This document shows, piece by piece, positions 22,850 through 37,722 of a DNA stretch of 64,000 nucleotides (positions are counted from its first letter, which is position 1; each line of letters opens with the position of its first letter). The notes under the pieces were generated by a model that was not told the origin of the DNA, made no database searches, and saw only the letters and a list, made by a program, of their open reading frames with translations. The stretch spans positions 372,001 through 436,000 of the forward strand of contig OZ024742.1 in assembly GCA_964016885.1 (NCBI GenBank), given 5' to 3'. This DNA comes from Eledone cirrhosa. Its lineage: Eukaryota. A program made the position numbers and the translations under genes.

Positions 22850-23175
22850 TCATCATCATCATCACCGTTTTATGTCTGTTCTTCCACGCTAGCATGGGTT
22901 AGACGGGTTGTCCTGTTGTGGGCAGTGTCTGGTCGGCTGACCATGCCTTGCTCATACAGGAACTGATTTGGCTTGATTTCTACAGCTGGATGCCCTTCCT
23001 AACACCAACCTCATTTACAGTGAGTGCTGGGTGCTTTTTCGTGGCGCCTACACGTCCACTTTACAGTGTGGGCTGGGTGCCTTTTTGCCGTGGCACCTCC
23101 ACGACCACCTTGCAGTGGGGGGTGTGGGGGCATATTGTCTATATGCTTCAGCTTGTACCCATGGGAGGTCGGGTA
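22850..23175 (-). mobile_element. RTE-B 3'UTR-only insertion
   Basis: reverse complement of ~12674-12999. Confidence 0.9.
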
Positions 23176-23348
23176 TACATATATATATATATGTATACAT
23201 ATATATATATATATGTATACATATATATATGTATACATACATATATATATATATCATCCTGATATATATATATATCATATCATATATATATCATATATAT
23301 ATATCATATCATATATATATATATCATCCTGATATATATATATATATA

Positions 23349-25403
23349 GCAGAGCTCCAACCAGACAGAGAGTGACCTGGTGGTGGAACAGCACAGTAGA
23401 TAAGGCCATTAGAGACAAAAGACTAGCATGGAAGGCTTGGAAAAAGGGTGGGAGTAGGGAAGAATATACAGCCACTAAGAGAGAAGCTAGACGTCAGGTG
23501 TACTTAGCACGCAGGAAGGTGGAGAGTAGGAGGTTTGCCAATGTTCTGCGACGGGAAGATCAGAGGCGTGCGGTGTTCCACATTGCAAGGCTGTGTGTCA
23601 ATGCAAATCAAGATGTTGTTGGAGATAAATGTGTCCGGCATGATGCCGGTGTACTTAGTGTCACGAATGACCAGAAAAAGGAGGCCTGGAAATGTCATTA
23701 TGAGAGACTGATGAATGAGGAGAACGAATGGGAGTGAGAGAAATTACCCTTGGTAGATCCGACAAAGGGACCAGCTATTGAGATTGATGAATATAGGGTC
23801 CAAGAGGCGATTAGGGAAATGAAAATTGGTAAGGATGCTGGACCATCGGGAATAGTTGCTGAGATGCTGAAGGCATCAGGGGACGTAGGCACTAAACTGG
23901 TTGCACGCATCATCAATCAGGCTATATATGGTGGTGTCATACCCAAAGACTGGTGCAGCAGTATTCTCATAAATTGCTACAAAGGTAAAGGGGATGCTCT
24001 GGAGAGGAGCAATTATAGGGGTATAAAACTGCTAGATCAGGTTATGAAAGTGGCAGAAAGGATATTAGCACAACTAATTAGAGAAAGGGTCAAACTAGAT
24101 GAGATGCAGTTTGGTTTTGTGCCTGGGAAGAGTACAACAAATGCCCTCTTCTTGGTGAGACAATTGCAATTCTTACAGAAAAATGAGCCACTATACTTAG
24201 CCTTTGTTGACCTAGAGAAGGCCTTTGATAGGGTACCCCGATCTGTCATCTGGTGGTCCCTAAGGAAGCTAGGTGTTGAGGAATGGCTTGTGAGGACAGT
24301 GCAAACTTTGTACAGAGGTACTCTCAGTAAAGTCAGGGTAGGAATGGAGTTTAGTGAGGAATTCCAGATACAAGTAGGAGTACATCAGGGTTCGGTCCTC
24401 AGCCCACTCTTGTTCATTATAGTCCTCCAAGCCATAACGGAGGAGTTTAAGACTGGCTGTCCATGGGAACTTCTCTATCTGGTTCTTACAGCAGAATCAG
24501 TAGAGGAGCTAGAAAATATATTCTGGCTATGGAAACAGCAGTTGGAAGCAAGAGGACTGAGAGTGAACCTAGCTAAGACAAAAGTGTTGATGAGTAGAAA
24601 AGAGGACAAAACCCTGATTCCGTCAGGGAAATGGCCATGTTCGATATGCAGAAAAGGAACTGGCATAAATTCTATAAAATGCACACAATACAGATCCTGG
24701 GTACACAAGAGATGTAGCGGGATAGCAGGCAAACTAATAGGTAGGGAGAAATATGTATACAGTAGATGTACAGGGAAATTAGACAGTAGAAGTCGCATTG
24801 ATAGACACATTTTTCAAATGCAGGAGGGCGCTATAGAAGTGGTGGATAGCTTCCAGTACCTAGGAGATCAGATTAGCATGGGAGGAGGGTGTTCCGAGGC
24901 CATAGTATCTAGAATAAGGACGGGTTGGAAGAAGTTTAGGGAGCTGCTTACTCTGTTGACGAAGAAGGGTTTCTCCCTGCGTACGAAAGGCCAGTTGTAT
25001 GATGCCTGTGTGAGGAGCGTGATGCTGCATGGTAGTGAGACATGGGCAGCAACTGCAGAGGATATGCGATGGCTGGAGAGAAATGAGGCAAGCATGCTCC
25101 GTTGGATGTGCAGTGTAAATGTGCGTGAATGACCCAGCAGTGTACGGGAGAGGAGACTGAGGTGGTATGAACATGTGATGCGCATGGAGGATGACTGATG
25201 GGTGAAGAAGTGCCAGGAAATGCCAGTTGAAGGAAGACGTGGTAGAGGTAGACCACAAAAAACATGGGTGGAGGTGGTAAGAACAGACCTCAGATCATTG
25301 AAGCTCACGGTGGAGATGACGAAGGACCGTGACAAGTGGTGAGATGCTGTGCTGAATAAGACCCGTTCCACCCTTGCAAGCAGGGAAAAGCGGACGTAAA
25401 ATG
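23349..25403 (+). pseudogene. RTE-clade LINE family C, 5'-truncated and inactivated
   Basis: stops at 23735 and 25130; catalytic ADD deleted (LLY-LVL); no long 3'UTR. Confidence 0.9.
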
Positions 25404-25930
25404 TACTTTTGCTACAGGTGGTTCCATCTAGGTGACCGCTCTTATGTGTGTTAATGCGCAGTCGCCCGTTCGGTGCCCCTTTCACTTTATGCTCGGGTGC
25501 ACTCTTCCTACCTCTTCCATGTTTATGTACACGAAGATGTTGGTTGGAAGGCGTTGGTAGTAGGCCATCGCCGTTGTTGGTTTTGTAATAGGGGAATAGT
25601 TCAAGTAATCTGCAGTGTTCACCGTCGCCGGGGTCGTGATCTTTGGTGCGGTTATCTATTCTATTATATTCGACTTCAACGAGGTCGTCGCGTGATCGGT
25701 TATAGGTATGGCTTACTATAACGTTAGTTTTATGAGGGGGGTGGTTTCTAGAGCTAGCGTTAGCGAAGTAGGAAATTCCTCGGTTAAAGCCGGCGATTAT
25801 CAGGGCCCTATTGTAGTAATCTGCCGCTTGGTTGAAGATATCCTCATTGGCGGATAGCTTCGAGATTCTATGTGAGATACTATAGACTATGGAGTTGAGA
25901 GTCTGTTTAGGGTGGTTGGAGGCATAATTA
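25404..25930 (-). pseudogene. Penelope-like element RT C-terminal (thumb) region plus long linker
   Basis: [47 protein letters not shown] resembles the PLE SNHP..RIS.LS..E.IF..A...Y..AL...G motif. Confidence 0.75.
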
Positions 25931-26104
25931 ATATATACATATATATATATACATATATATATATACATATATATATATACATATATATATACATATATAT
26001 ACATATATATATACACATATATATACACATATATATACACATATATATATACATATATATACACATATATATATATACACATACACAATATACATATATA
26101 CACA

Positions 26105-27751
26105 AGCTAAAAGTAAGCCACTCTACTTGGAGCTAAAAGTAAGCCACTCTACTTGGAGCTAAAAGTAAGCCACTCTACTTGGAGCTAAAAGTAAGCCACT
26201 CTACTTGGCATTTGTCGACCTTGAGAAAGCCTTTGACAGAGTTCCACGTGCAGTAATCTGGTGGGCTCTTAGAAAACTAGGAGTAGATGAATGGCTTGTG
26301 AAAGCGGTACAAGCCATGTATAGGGGAGCAGTCAGCAAAGTTAGGATTGGCAATGAGTATAGCGAGGAATTTAGCGTACAGGTTGGGGTCCACCAGGGCT
26401 CTGTTCTTAGCCCTCTCCTGTTCATCATAGTCCTGCAGGCAATAACGGAGGAGTTTAAGACCGGATGCCCATGGGAACTCCTGTATGCTGATGACCTCGC
26501 ACTCATAGCTGAATCTATGGTAGAACTAGAGAATAAATTCCAAACCTGGAAGCAGGGACTAGAGAGAAAGGGCCTCAAAGTCAACATGACAAAGACTAAG
26601 GTCCTTATAAGTAGACGAGAAAACAGAACCCAGATCCCCTCAGGGAAATGGCCTTGCTCAGTATGTAGGAAAGGTGTAGGTAGGAACTCCATTCTTTGCC
26701 CCAAATGCAAACAATGGGTACACAAGAGATGTAGCGGGATCTCAGGAAGCTTAATTAAGAATGTAGGATTCACATGCAGCAGCTGTGCTGAAACAGCAAG
26801 CAAACAGCCACAGGAAACAAGTACCACCAATCTCTGGGAGGGCCCTGTAGAAACAGTAGACAGCTTCTGCTACCTAGGTGACCGAATTAGCAACGGAGGT
26901 GGGTGCTCAGAAAGTACAATAACTAGGGTAAGAACGGGATGGAAGAAGTTTAGGGAACTACTACCACTGCTAGCTGCAAAAGGCTTCTCCCTCAGAATGA
27001 AAGGCAGACTGTATGATGCGTGTATCCGAACAGCGATGTTGCATGGTAGTGAGACCTGGGCGCTGAAGGTGGAAGACTTACGTAGATTAGAGAGAAACGA
27101 AGCCTGCATGCTCCGATGGATGTGTAACAGTAATATACGTGAACGACAAAGCATAAATGAATTGAGAGAGAGACTGAGCATAAGAGGAATCAAATGCTGC
27201 GTGCAGGAGAGGCGGTTACGCTGGTATGGACATGTGATGCGTATGAAGGATGACAGCTGCATGAAAAGGTGCAGAGCACTAGAAGTTGATGGAAACCGCG
27301 GAGTGGGGAGACCCAAGATGACTTGGGATGAGGTGATAAAAGCCGACCTTACCCAACTACACCTCTCAAAGTCAATGACACACGACCGTGACTTCTGGCG
27401 TCACGCAGTAATACAGGGTACCCGACCTCCCATGGGTACATGCTGAAGCATATAAACAATATGCCCCCCCCCCCCCCCCACCGCAAGGTGGTCGTGGAGG
27501 TGCCACGGCAAAAAAGCACCCAGCCCACACTGTAAAGTGGACGTGTAGGCGCCACGAAAAAGCACCCAGCACTCACTGTAAATGAGGTTGGTGTTAGGAA
27601 GGGCATCCAGCTGTAGAAATCAAGCCAGATCAGTTCCTGTATGAGCAAGGCATGGTCAGCCGACCAGACACTGCCCACAACAGGACAACCCGTCTAACCC
27701 ATGCTAGCGTGGAAGAACGGACGTAAAACGGTGATGATGATGATGATGATG
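26105..27751 (+). mobile_element. RTE-B, 5'-truncated, with 4 x 26-bp tandem reiteration at the 5' junction
   Basis: AGCTAAAAGTAAGCCACTCTACTTGG at 26105, 26131, 26157, 26183; ORF 26205-27446. Confidence 0.93.
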
Positions 27752-28239
27752 ACACATATATATACACACATATATATACATATATATACATATATATATA
27801 TACATATATATATACACACATATATATATACACATATATATACACACATATATATACATATATATACATATATATATACATATATATATACATATATACA
27901 TATATATACATATATATATACATATATACATACATATATACATATATATACATATATATATACATATATATATACATATATACATATATATATACATATA
28001 TACATATATATATACATATATACATATATATACATATATATATACATATATACATATATACATATATATACATATATATATACATATATACATATATATA
28101 TACATATATACATATATATACATATATATATATACATATAGATATACATATATATATACATATATATACATATATATATACATATATATACATATATATA
28201 TACATATATATACATATATACATATATATATACATATAT

Positions 28240-28300
<61 letters not shown>

Positions 28301-28302
<2 letters not shown>

Positions 28303-31025
28303 ATCATCATCATCATCATCATCAACGTTTAACGTCCGTGTTCCACGCTTGCATCGGTTTGGACGAGGGTAGTCCCACTTGAGGCAAGAGTGATTTTCTT
28401 GCTCGCATAGGACTGTCTGGCAGGTTTTCTACAGTTGGATGCCCTTCCTAACACCAACCACATTTACAGTGTGGGTCTGGGAGGTTTTTACCGTGTTGCC
28501 TACACGGCCACATTACAGCGTGGACTGTGTGTTTTTTTGTCGTGACACCTACACGATCTCATTTGTTTCGGCCTGGATGGCGCGGCACCAACATAACTTT
28601 ACATAGAACGGGGTGGTGTGGATGGGGTGGGGGTTGTGGTGGTGGGACGTGGTGTATTTTGTTAGAGATGCCTACTGGCAAGGCGGGTCTTCTCTATTAC
28701 TGAGTACCGCCAAAGGTCTCGGTCCAGTGACATTGTCTTGGTGAGGTGTAAGTGTGTGAGGTCGGTGTTTATCAGCTCGTCCCAGGTTTTTCTGGGTCTG
28801 CCTATTCCGTGGCTACCGTCTATCTTTATTGCCCTGCACTTTGTTATACAGCTATCATCCTTCATGCGCATCACGTGACCATACCAACGTAGCCTTCTCT
28901 CTAGTAAACAACATCTGATCCCTCTTATTTCTAATTTTTTCCTTAGTTCGTTTATGCTTTGTCGTTCACGTATATTACTATCCAGCGGAGCATGCAAGCT
29001 TCGTTTCTCTCTAGTCTGCGTATATCCTCTGCACACAATGCCCAGGTCTCACTGTCATGCAATATTGCTGTTCGTATGCAGGCATCGTACAACCTGCCTT
29101 TCATTTTTAGGGAGAACCCTTTAGCGGCTAATAGTGGTATAAGCTCTCTGAACTTTTTCCACCCAGTTCTGACTCTAGCTACTGTACTTTCAGAGCACCC
29201 TCCCCCACTGCTGATTTTGTCACAAAGGTAACGGAAGCTGTCCACTATTTCTATAGAACCCTCTGCGCAGTTGAAAGAGCTAGTATTTTGTGGGCACTTG
29301 CTGCTACTTATATCCCCAGAACACCGGCCACATGTAAAATCTATGTTCTTAGTTAGCTTACCTGTGATCCCACTACATCTTTTATGCACCCAAACTTTGC
29401 ATTTGGGACACAAAATGGAATTTCTACCTACTCCTTTCCTACACTCTGCGCATGGCCACTTCCCGGAGGGGACCGCCGCCTTATTTTCTTTCTTACAAAC
29501 TAGAACTTTAGTCTTAGCTAGGTTAATTTTAAGGCCTTTTGATTCTAGGCCGTGCTTCCATGTTTGGAATTTCTTCTCTAGCTCGGCCATTGATTCAGCT
29601 ATGAGCGTTAGATCATCTGCGTATAGGAGTTCCCATGGGCAGCCGGTCTTGAACTCCACTGTTATAGCCTGGAGGGCAATAATAAATAGTAGGGGGCTAA
29701 GAACAGAGCCCTGATGAGCACCAACTTTTACACTAAACTCTTCACTATATTCGTTGTTAATTCTAACCTTGCTAACTGTTTCTTTATACATGGCTTGTAT
29801 AGCTCTCACAAGCCATTCATCAACACCTAGTTTTCTGAGAGCCCACCAGATAATGGAACGGGGGACTCTGTCGAAGGCCTTCTCCAAGTCGACGAAAGCT
29901 AAGTATAGGGGTTTACTTTTAGCTAGGTACTTCTCCTGTAGTTGTCATACAATGAAAAGAGCGTCTGTGGTACTTTTTCCTGACACAAACCCGAACTGCA
30001 TTTCATCTAGATCAATTCGCTCTCTGATTAGTTGCGCTATAACTTTTTCCGTGACCTTCATGACCTGGTCGATTAATTTAATGCCTCTATAGTTACTCCT
30101 ATCTAGGGCATCTCCTTTACCCTTTTAACAGTTAACGATAATGCTGCTGCACCAGTCCTTCGGAACAACCCCATTCTGTATGACTTGGTTGACTATCCGG
30201 GGGACCATGGTGTGTCCCACCGTACCAGATGCCTTCAGCATCTCGGCAACTATTTCCGAAGGCCCAGCCGCCTTGCCTGTCTTCATATCTTTGATTGCCT
30301 TACTTATTATACTACCCTCGACTAACACTGCTGGTCCCTCTATTGGGTCGATGTGGGGGAGACTGTCTTTCTCCCATTTATTCTCCTCATTTAGTAGCCT
30401 TTCATAGTGACACTTCCAAGCTACCTTCTTATCGGCGTCGGTGATGGCAAGTATGCCGTCATCGTTAAGTACACACTTCTCCCCGACAATATCACTGTTT
30501 TCCTTGACACATTGCCTAGCAATCCTGAACACCTCACGTTTTTGGTCATCGCGTTGTAGAACATGCTTAAACTTTCTTTCCTCTGCTTCCCTTCTTGCGA
30601 AGTACACTTGTCTCCTAGCTTCCCTCCTGGCCACTTGATAGTCTTCTCTGCTTCCCCCATCCCGCCATACTTTCCAAGCCTGCTTTTTGGCCTTAATTGA
30701 CCCCTCCACCTTACTGTTCCACCACCATGTTACTCTCCTCCTGCCTACAGGCCTGCTCCAGCCACAGACTTCGTCTGCCGCCGTCAGCAGGTTTGCTTTC
30801 AGGAATTCCCACTGTTCCTCTACCTTGTACGTCTCTAATTTCTCTTCCTCACTGTCGAAAGCATCAAGTAATATGCTTTGGAATTTATTTTTGGCTGTGG
30901 GGTCCTTTAGCTTCCATATTTTTCTCCTCAGGATAGTCCTCTTCTGTTGTCTAGTACGTCTCGTCCTGACTATTAGGTCGCTAATTATCAGTCTATGTTG
31001 GGAAGTGCATTCTTCATGGGGGAGG
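28301..31025 (-). pseudogene. RTE-A, 5'-truncated, frameshifted
   Basis: ORF pieces 30125-31020, 28952-29887, 28662-29036; (CAT)n tail at 28301-28323. Confidence 0.92.
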
Positions 31026-31702
31026 GATATATACATATATACATATATATATACATATATATATACATATATACATATATATATATACATATATATACAT
31101 ATATACATATATACATATACATATATATACATATATACATATATATATACATATATACATATATATACATATATATATACATATATACATATATATACAT
31201 ATATACATATATATATACATATATACATATATATACACATATATACATATATATACATATATATATACATATATATACATATATATATACATATATACAT
31301 ATATATATACATATATACATATATATATACATATATATATACATATATATACATATATATATACATATATATACATATATATACACATATATATACATAT
31401 ATATACATATATATACATATATATACACATATATACATATATATACACATATATACATATATATACATATATATACACATATATACATATATATACATAT
31501 ATATACACATATATATACATATATATACATATATATACATATATATATACATATATGTATACATATATATATACATATACATATATATACATATATATAT
31601 ACATATATATATATACATATATATACATATACATATATATACATATATATATATACATATATATACATATATATATACATACATACATACACATATATAT
31701 AC

Positions 31703-31733
<31 letters not shown>

Positions 31734-31848
31734 CATATATATATACATATATATATATATATACATATATATATACATATATATATACATATATACACAT
31801 ATATATACATATATACACATATATATACATATATACATATATATATAC

Positions 31849-31880
<32 letters not shown>

Positions 31881-31881
<1 letters not shown>

Positions 31882-33603
31882 CTTGGAGAAAGCCTTCGAC
31901 AGAGTCCCCCCCCCGTTCCATTATCTGGTGGTCTCTTAGAAAACTAGGTGTTGACGAATGGCTTGTGACAGCTATACAAGCCATGTATAAGGAAACAGTC
32001 AGTAAGGTTAGAATTAACAACGAATATAGTGAAGAGTTTAGCGTAAAAGTTGGTGTCCATCAGGGCTCTGTTCTTAGCCCCCTACTATTTATTATTGCCC
32101 TTCAGGCTATAACAGAGGAGTTCAAGACCGGCTGCCCATGGGAACTCCTATACGCAGATGATCTAACGCTCATAGCTGAATCAATGACCGAACTAGAGAA
32201 GAAATTCCAAACATGGAAGCACGGCCTAGAATCAAAAGGCCTTAAAATTAACTTGGCTAAGACTAAAGTTCTAGTTTGTAGGAAAGAAAATAAGGCGGCG
32301 GTCCCATCTGGGAAATGGCCATGCTCAGTGTGCAGGAAAGGCGTAGGTAGAAACTCCATTTTATGTCCCAAATGCAAAGTATGGGTGCATAAAAGATGTA
32401 GTGGGATCACAGGTAAGCTAACTAAGAACATAGATTTTACATGTGGCCGGTGCTCTGGTGCAATAAGTAGCAGCAAGTGCCCACAAAATACTAGCTCCTT
32501 CAACTGCGCAGAGGGTTCTATAGAAATAGTGGACAGCTTCCGTTATCTGGGTGACAAAATCAGCAGTGGGGGAGGGTGCTCTGAAAGTACAGTAGCTAGA
32601 GTCAGAACTGGATGGAAAAAGTTCAGAGAGCTTATACCACTATTAGCCGCTAGAGGGTTCTCCCTAAAAATGAAAGGCAGGTTATACGATGCCTGCATAC
32701 GAACAGCAATGCTGCATGGCAGTGAGACCTGGGCATTGTGTGCAGAGGATATACGCAGACTAGAGAGGAACGAAGCTTGCATGCTCCACTGGATGTGCAA
32801 TAGTAATATACGTGAACGGCAAAGCATAAACGAACTAAGGAAAAAATTAGAAATAAGAGGGATCAGATGTTGTTTACTCGAGAGAAGGCTACGTTGGTAC
32901 GGTCACGTGATGCGCATGAAAGACGACAGCTGTATAACAAAGTGCAGGGCAATAAAGATAGACGGTAGCCACGGAGTAGGCAGACCCAGAAAAACATGGG
33001 ACGAGCTGATAAATTCCGACCTCACACGCTTACACCTCTCCAAGACAATGTCACTGGACCGAGACCTTTGGCGGTACTCAGTAATAGAGAAGACCCGCCT
33101 TACCTAAATACAAAGTAAAAACCTACTACAGTCAGTAGGCATCTCTATCAAAACACACCCCCGTCCCTCCACACCGCCCCTTTCAATGTAAAGTTATGTT
33201 GGTCCCACAACATCCAGGCCGAAACAAATGAGATCGTGTAGGTGTCACGACAAAAAACACACAGTCCACGCTGTAAATGTGGCCGTGTAGGCAACACGGT
33301 AAAAACCTCCCAGCCCCACACTGTAAATGTGGTTGGTGTTAGGAAGGGCATCCAGCTGTAGAAAACCCGCCAGACAGTCCACGCTGTAATGTGGCCGTGT
33401 AGGCAACACGGTAAAAACCTCCCAGCCCCACACTGTAAATGTGGTTGGTGTTAGGAAGGGCATCCAACTGTAGAAAACCCGCCAGACAGTCCTATGCGAG
33501 CAAGACAACCACTCTTGCCTCAAGTGGGAAAATCCCCGTCCAAACCCATGCAAGCGTGGAACACGGACGCTAAACCTGATGATGATGATGATGATGATGA
33601 TGA
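31881..33603 (+). mobile_element. RTE-A, 5'-truncated, with ~114-bp tandem duplication in the 3'UTR
   Basis: RT to 33107; 33261-33374 repeated at 33375-33487. Confidence 0.9.
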
Positions 33604-33607
33604 TACA

Positions 33608-33647
<40 letters not shown>

Positions 33648-33676
33648 CATATATACATATATATATACATATATAT

Positions 33677-33993
33677 ATATACATATATACATATATAGCA
33701 TATAAACAATATGCCCCCCCCCCACCGCAAGTTGGTCGTGGAGGTGCCACGGCAAAAAAGCACCCAGCCCACACTGTAAAGTGGACGTGTAGGCGCCACG
33801 AAAAAGCACCCAGCACTCACTGTAAATGAGGTTGGTGTTAGGAAGGGCATCCAGCTGTAGAAATCAAACCAGATCAGTTCCTGTATGAGCAAGGCATGGT
33901 CAGCCGACCAGACACTGCCCACAACAGGACAACCCGTCTAACCCATGCTAGCGTGGAAGAACGGACGTAAAACGGTGATGATGATGATGATGA
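33677..33993 (+). mobile_element. RTE-B 3'UTR-only insertion
   Basis: matches ~12705-12999. Confidence 0.9.
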
Positions 33994-34075
33994 TACATAT
34001 ATATATACATATATATATATACATATATATATATACATATATATATACATATATTTACATATATATATATACATA

Positions 34076-34121
<46 letters not shown>

Positions 34122-34239
34122 TATATACATACATATATATACATATAGATACATATATATATATATATATATACATACATATATATAAATATATATGCAT
34201 ATATATACATATATACATATATATACATATATATATATA

Positions 34240-34573
34240 CATCATCATCATCATTTCATTTTACGTCCACTTTTCCCTGCTTGCAAGGGTGGGACGGGAA
34301 TTGATGCTGGCTTGATTTCTACAGCTGGATGCCCTTCCTAACACCAACCTCATTTACAGTGAGTGCTAGGTGCTTTTTTGTCGTGGCACCTACACGACCA
34401 CTTTGCAGTGGAATGATAGGGACCCCAGTCCCTATCATCTCATTTCTACAGCTGAGTAAACTGGAGCAATGTGAAATAAAGTGTCTTGCTCAAGGAAACA
34501 ACACATCACCCGGTCTGAGAATTGAACTCACAACCTTTCGAATGCAAGGCCAATGCTCTAACCACTAACCTCC
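34240..34573 (-). mobile_element. tRNA-derived chimeric SINE, third copy
   Basis: reverse complement of 13007-13345 with a small deletion in the head. Confidence 0.85.
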
Positions 34574-34591
34574 ATATATATATATATAAAC

Positions 34592-34624
<33 letters not shown>

Positions 34625-34639
34625 TATATATATATACAC

Positions 34640-34750
<111 letters not shown>

Positions 34751-34781
34751 TATATATATACACACATATATATATACACAC

Positions 34782-34818
<37 letters not shown>

Positions 34819-34819
<1 letters not shown>

Positions 34820-35160
34820 GGTGGCTGCCAACTCGTCTTCGAGTACAGCCACTACTTTATATCCATGTAGGAGAACCCCCACCGATACGCTGAACGAGTG
34901 ACTTTTTAGTCCAGCCAGCGACTTGAAAACTCTGGTACAAACACTACACTTGTGACAATTATTGACACATAGTGTTGGGCCCATGGTACCATGTGACGAA
35001 ACGTGAAGAGAGATCTCCAGATATAAAGCAATGCCTGTGCCGTGAAGCTTTTATAGTGAGCAAAGGCACTGCACAAAGCCAGTCCCACTCTCTTAACCAA
35101 GATGATATTTACCAAAAAGAAGAACAAGTCAACATCATTGGATACCATCAGGGTTGCAGG
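34819..35160 (-). mobile_element. Short element ending in an RTE/BovB-type 3' end (C2H2 remnant plus terminal stem-loop)
   Basis: [17 protein letters not shown]; GGCTGTACTCGAAGACGAGTTGGCAGCC; second copy at 53774-54072. Confidence 0.65.
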
Positions 35161-35166
35161 TGTTAT

Positions 35167-35320
35167 ATGTGGTTGGTGTTAGGAAGGGCATCCAACTGTA
35201 GAAAACCTGCCAGACAGTCCTATGCGAGCATGACAATCACTCTTGCCTCAAGTGGGACTACCCCCGTCCAAACCCATGCAAGCGTGGAACACGGACGTTA
35301 AACGTTGATGATGATGATGA
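35167..35320 (+). mobile_element. RTE-A 3' terminal fragment
   Basis: matches ~2353-2510. Confidence 0.85.
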
Positions 35321-35433
35321 TATACATACATATATATACATATATACATATATATACATATATATACATATACATATATACATATATATACATATATATA
35401 CATATATATATACATATATATACATATATATAC

Positions 35434-35465
<32 letters not shown>

Positions 35466-35476
35466 ATACATATACA

Positions 35477-35708
<232 letters not shown>

Positions 35709-35799
35709 CATATAACTTTGAATAACTTTGAAATGTTTTTGCCAGTATTGGCCCAGGCCATGTCTAACTTAATAGCACCACCTGGCGAAGTCTTTCAAT

Positions 35800-37722
35800 T
35801 CAGGATTTGGGCACCATGGCCCATTCGAGAAGAGAATTACTGTTTGCGGAGACATATCCGGGTGTGGGTGGTTTGTCCGGGATTACTTGGAGGAATTTGT
35901 CCAAAGACTTCTTGAATTTTGAGTGGTCAGTTTCTGTTTTGACGTGTCCTGGTGTGATGTTGAAGAGAGCAGGGCCGATTGAGGTGAAATAATTGTGCCG
36001 TATTGTTGTTATGAGTTGCGATTTAGATTTTTGAATGGGACGGATAGCACGGGGCCCAAGCCTTGGGTGTATCTTGAAGGCGATGCCAACATCATTTGGG
36101 CAGTGATGATGGAACATTTTCCACATCATGCAGATAATATAACGCTCACGGCGACGTTGGAGTGAGTAAAGTTTCAGGTTTTCCAATCGACCCCAGTAGT
36201 CAAGGTCTGACATGCCATCTATCTTTTTCGTGATTGCCCTTTGAGGAGCTTCAAGTTTCATGATACTTTGTTTCGTGTGGGGAGACCACAGTGGACAACA
36301 GTATTCAAGGTGTGGTCGGGCGAAAGTAGAGAAGAGAAGGATAATGGTGCGGGAATCTCTCGACTGGAAGGTTCTGAGGATCCAGGAACACATTCTGCGG
36401 GCCATGTCAACTTTGCTGCTTATATGCGTGGTCCAGCTTATGTTGCTGTCCACGGTTACTCCCAAGTCTCTGATGTTGTTAGATGCCACGAGAGTTTCCC
36501 CGGAGGGAAGGGAGTACGGGAGTTTCAGAGCATCCTCTTTTCCAAAGTGGATCAGTTCGAATTTGTCCTCGTTCAGTAACATGTTGTTCTTTTCTGCCCA
36601 TTGGGTAACAGCCAGTAGGTCTGACTGAAGGCTTATCCGGTCATCCACGCCATTGATGACCTTTTGGAGCTTGGAATCATCAGCGAAAATTTTAATGTTG
36701 CTGTGTTTGATGATGTCAGTGATGTCATTAATATAGATGATGAAGAGAAGTGGGCCCAACACAGTGCCTTGTGGGACTCCACTACTGACTTTGGCTGGGC
36801 TTGATTTGACTCCCTCAACTACAACATGTTGGGTTCTGTTTGACAGGAAGCTCTTGATCCACTGCAGCAGCTTTCCAGTGACACCAATATTGGACAGCTT
36901 TCTCAGTAGAATGTTATGATCAACCCTGTCAAAGGCCTTGCTGAAATCAAGGTAGATAACATCAGTGTTGGAACCCTCTCCCAAGGCTCTCAAAATGTCA
37001 TCAAAGTGATGCAGTAGTTGCGTCAGGCAATCCCTTCCATTACGGAATCCATGCTGGTTGGAGTTCAGCATATTGTTACTCTCAAGGAAGTGGGTCATTC
37101 GCGATCTCACCACTCGCTCAAATACCTTAATGATATGAGAGGTGAGTGAGATTGGACGGTAATTCACGGCAAGGGATTTGTTTCCCTTTTTGAAAACTGG
37201 GACAACAGACTGGGATAGAAGGTTTTCTGGCACATATCCAGCATCCAGTGAGTTCCGCCACAGATTGGCAAGAGGAGAAGCAAGTTGGTGTTGACACGCC
37301 TTCAGGACACAAGCAGGGAACCTATCGGGACCTACTGCTGAATTATGCTTGATTTCCTTTATTGCCGCCAAGACATCAGGGGCGCCAAACGTTATGTCCG
37401 ATAAGGTGTAATGGGGAGTAACATCGCCGATACAGCCCAGATCGGCCATATCAGGATTGCTGAAAACAGAGCAGTATTGTTTCTGCAGTATCTCACCCAT
37501 GGTTTTAGCATTGTCTTGAAGAGTGCCATTTTCATCAATTAGAGGGCCAACAGTAGAGCCAGTGATTTTGTGTTTTTTTGCAAATGAAAAGAACACTTTG
37601 GGATTGAGTTTGATCTTCTCAATGGCCCAGGCCTCTTCAGCTCTTCTCTGATTGTTGATGAGGGACATTATGTTGTTTTGGAGGTTATGTTTTTTAATCT
37701 CTAGTGATGAAATGGCAGTCAA
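35800..37722 (-). CDS. ORF2 C-terminal part: CR1-type reverse transcriptase
   Basis: [47 protein letters not shown]. Confidence 0.92.
   Translation of the reverse strand: MTAISSLEIKKHNLQNNIMSLINNQRRAEEAWAIEKIKLNPKVFFSFAKKHKITGSTVGPLIDENGTLQDNAKTMGEILQKQYCSVFSNPDMADLGCIGDVTPHYTLSDITFGAPDVLAAIKEIKHNSAVGPDRFPACVLKACQHQLASPLANLWRNSLDAGYVPENLLSQSVVPVFKKGNKSLAVNYRPISLTSHIIKVFERVVRSRMTHFLESNNMLNSNQHGFRNGRDCLTQLLHHFDDILRALGEGSNTDVIYLDFSKAFDRVDHNILLRKLSNIGVTGKLLQWIKSFLSNRTQHVVVEGVKSSPAKVSSGVPQGTVLGPLLFIIYINDITDIIKHSNIKIFADDSKLQKVINGVDDRISLQSDLLAVTQWAEKNNMLLNEDKFELIHFGKEDALKLPYSLPSGETLVASNNIRDLGVTVDSNISWTTHISSKVDMARRMCSWILRTFQSRDSRTIILLFSTFARPHLEYCCPLWSPHTKQSIMKLEAPQRAITKKIDGMSDLDYWGRLENLKLYSLQRRRERYIICMMWKMFHHHCPNDVGIAFKIHPRLGPRAIRPIQKSKSQLITTIRHNYFTSIGPALFNITPGHVKTETDHSKFKKSLDKFLQVIPDKPPTPGYVSANSNSLLEWAMVPKS

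Noticed and set aside
30687-33107. 806-aa ORF (and similar 30125-32020, 42221-44266, 24868-26103) as fusion proteins
   Set aside because: Chance read-through across antisense LINE, TA tract and sense LINE
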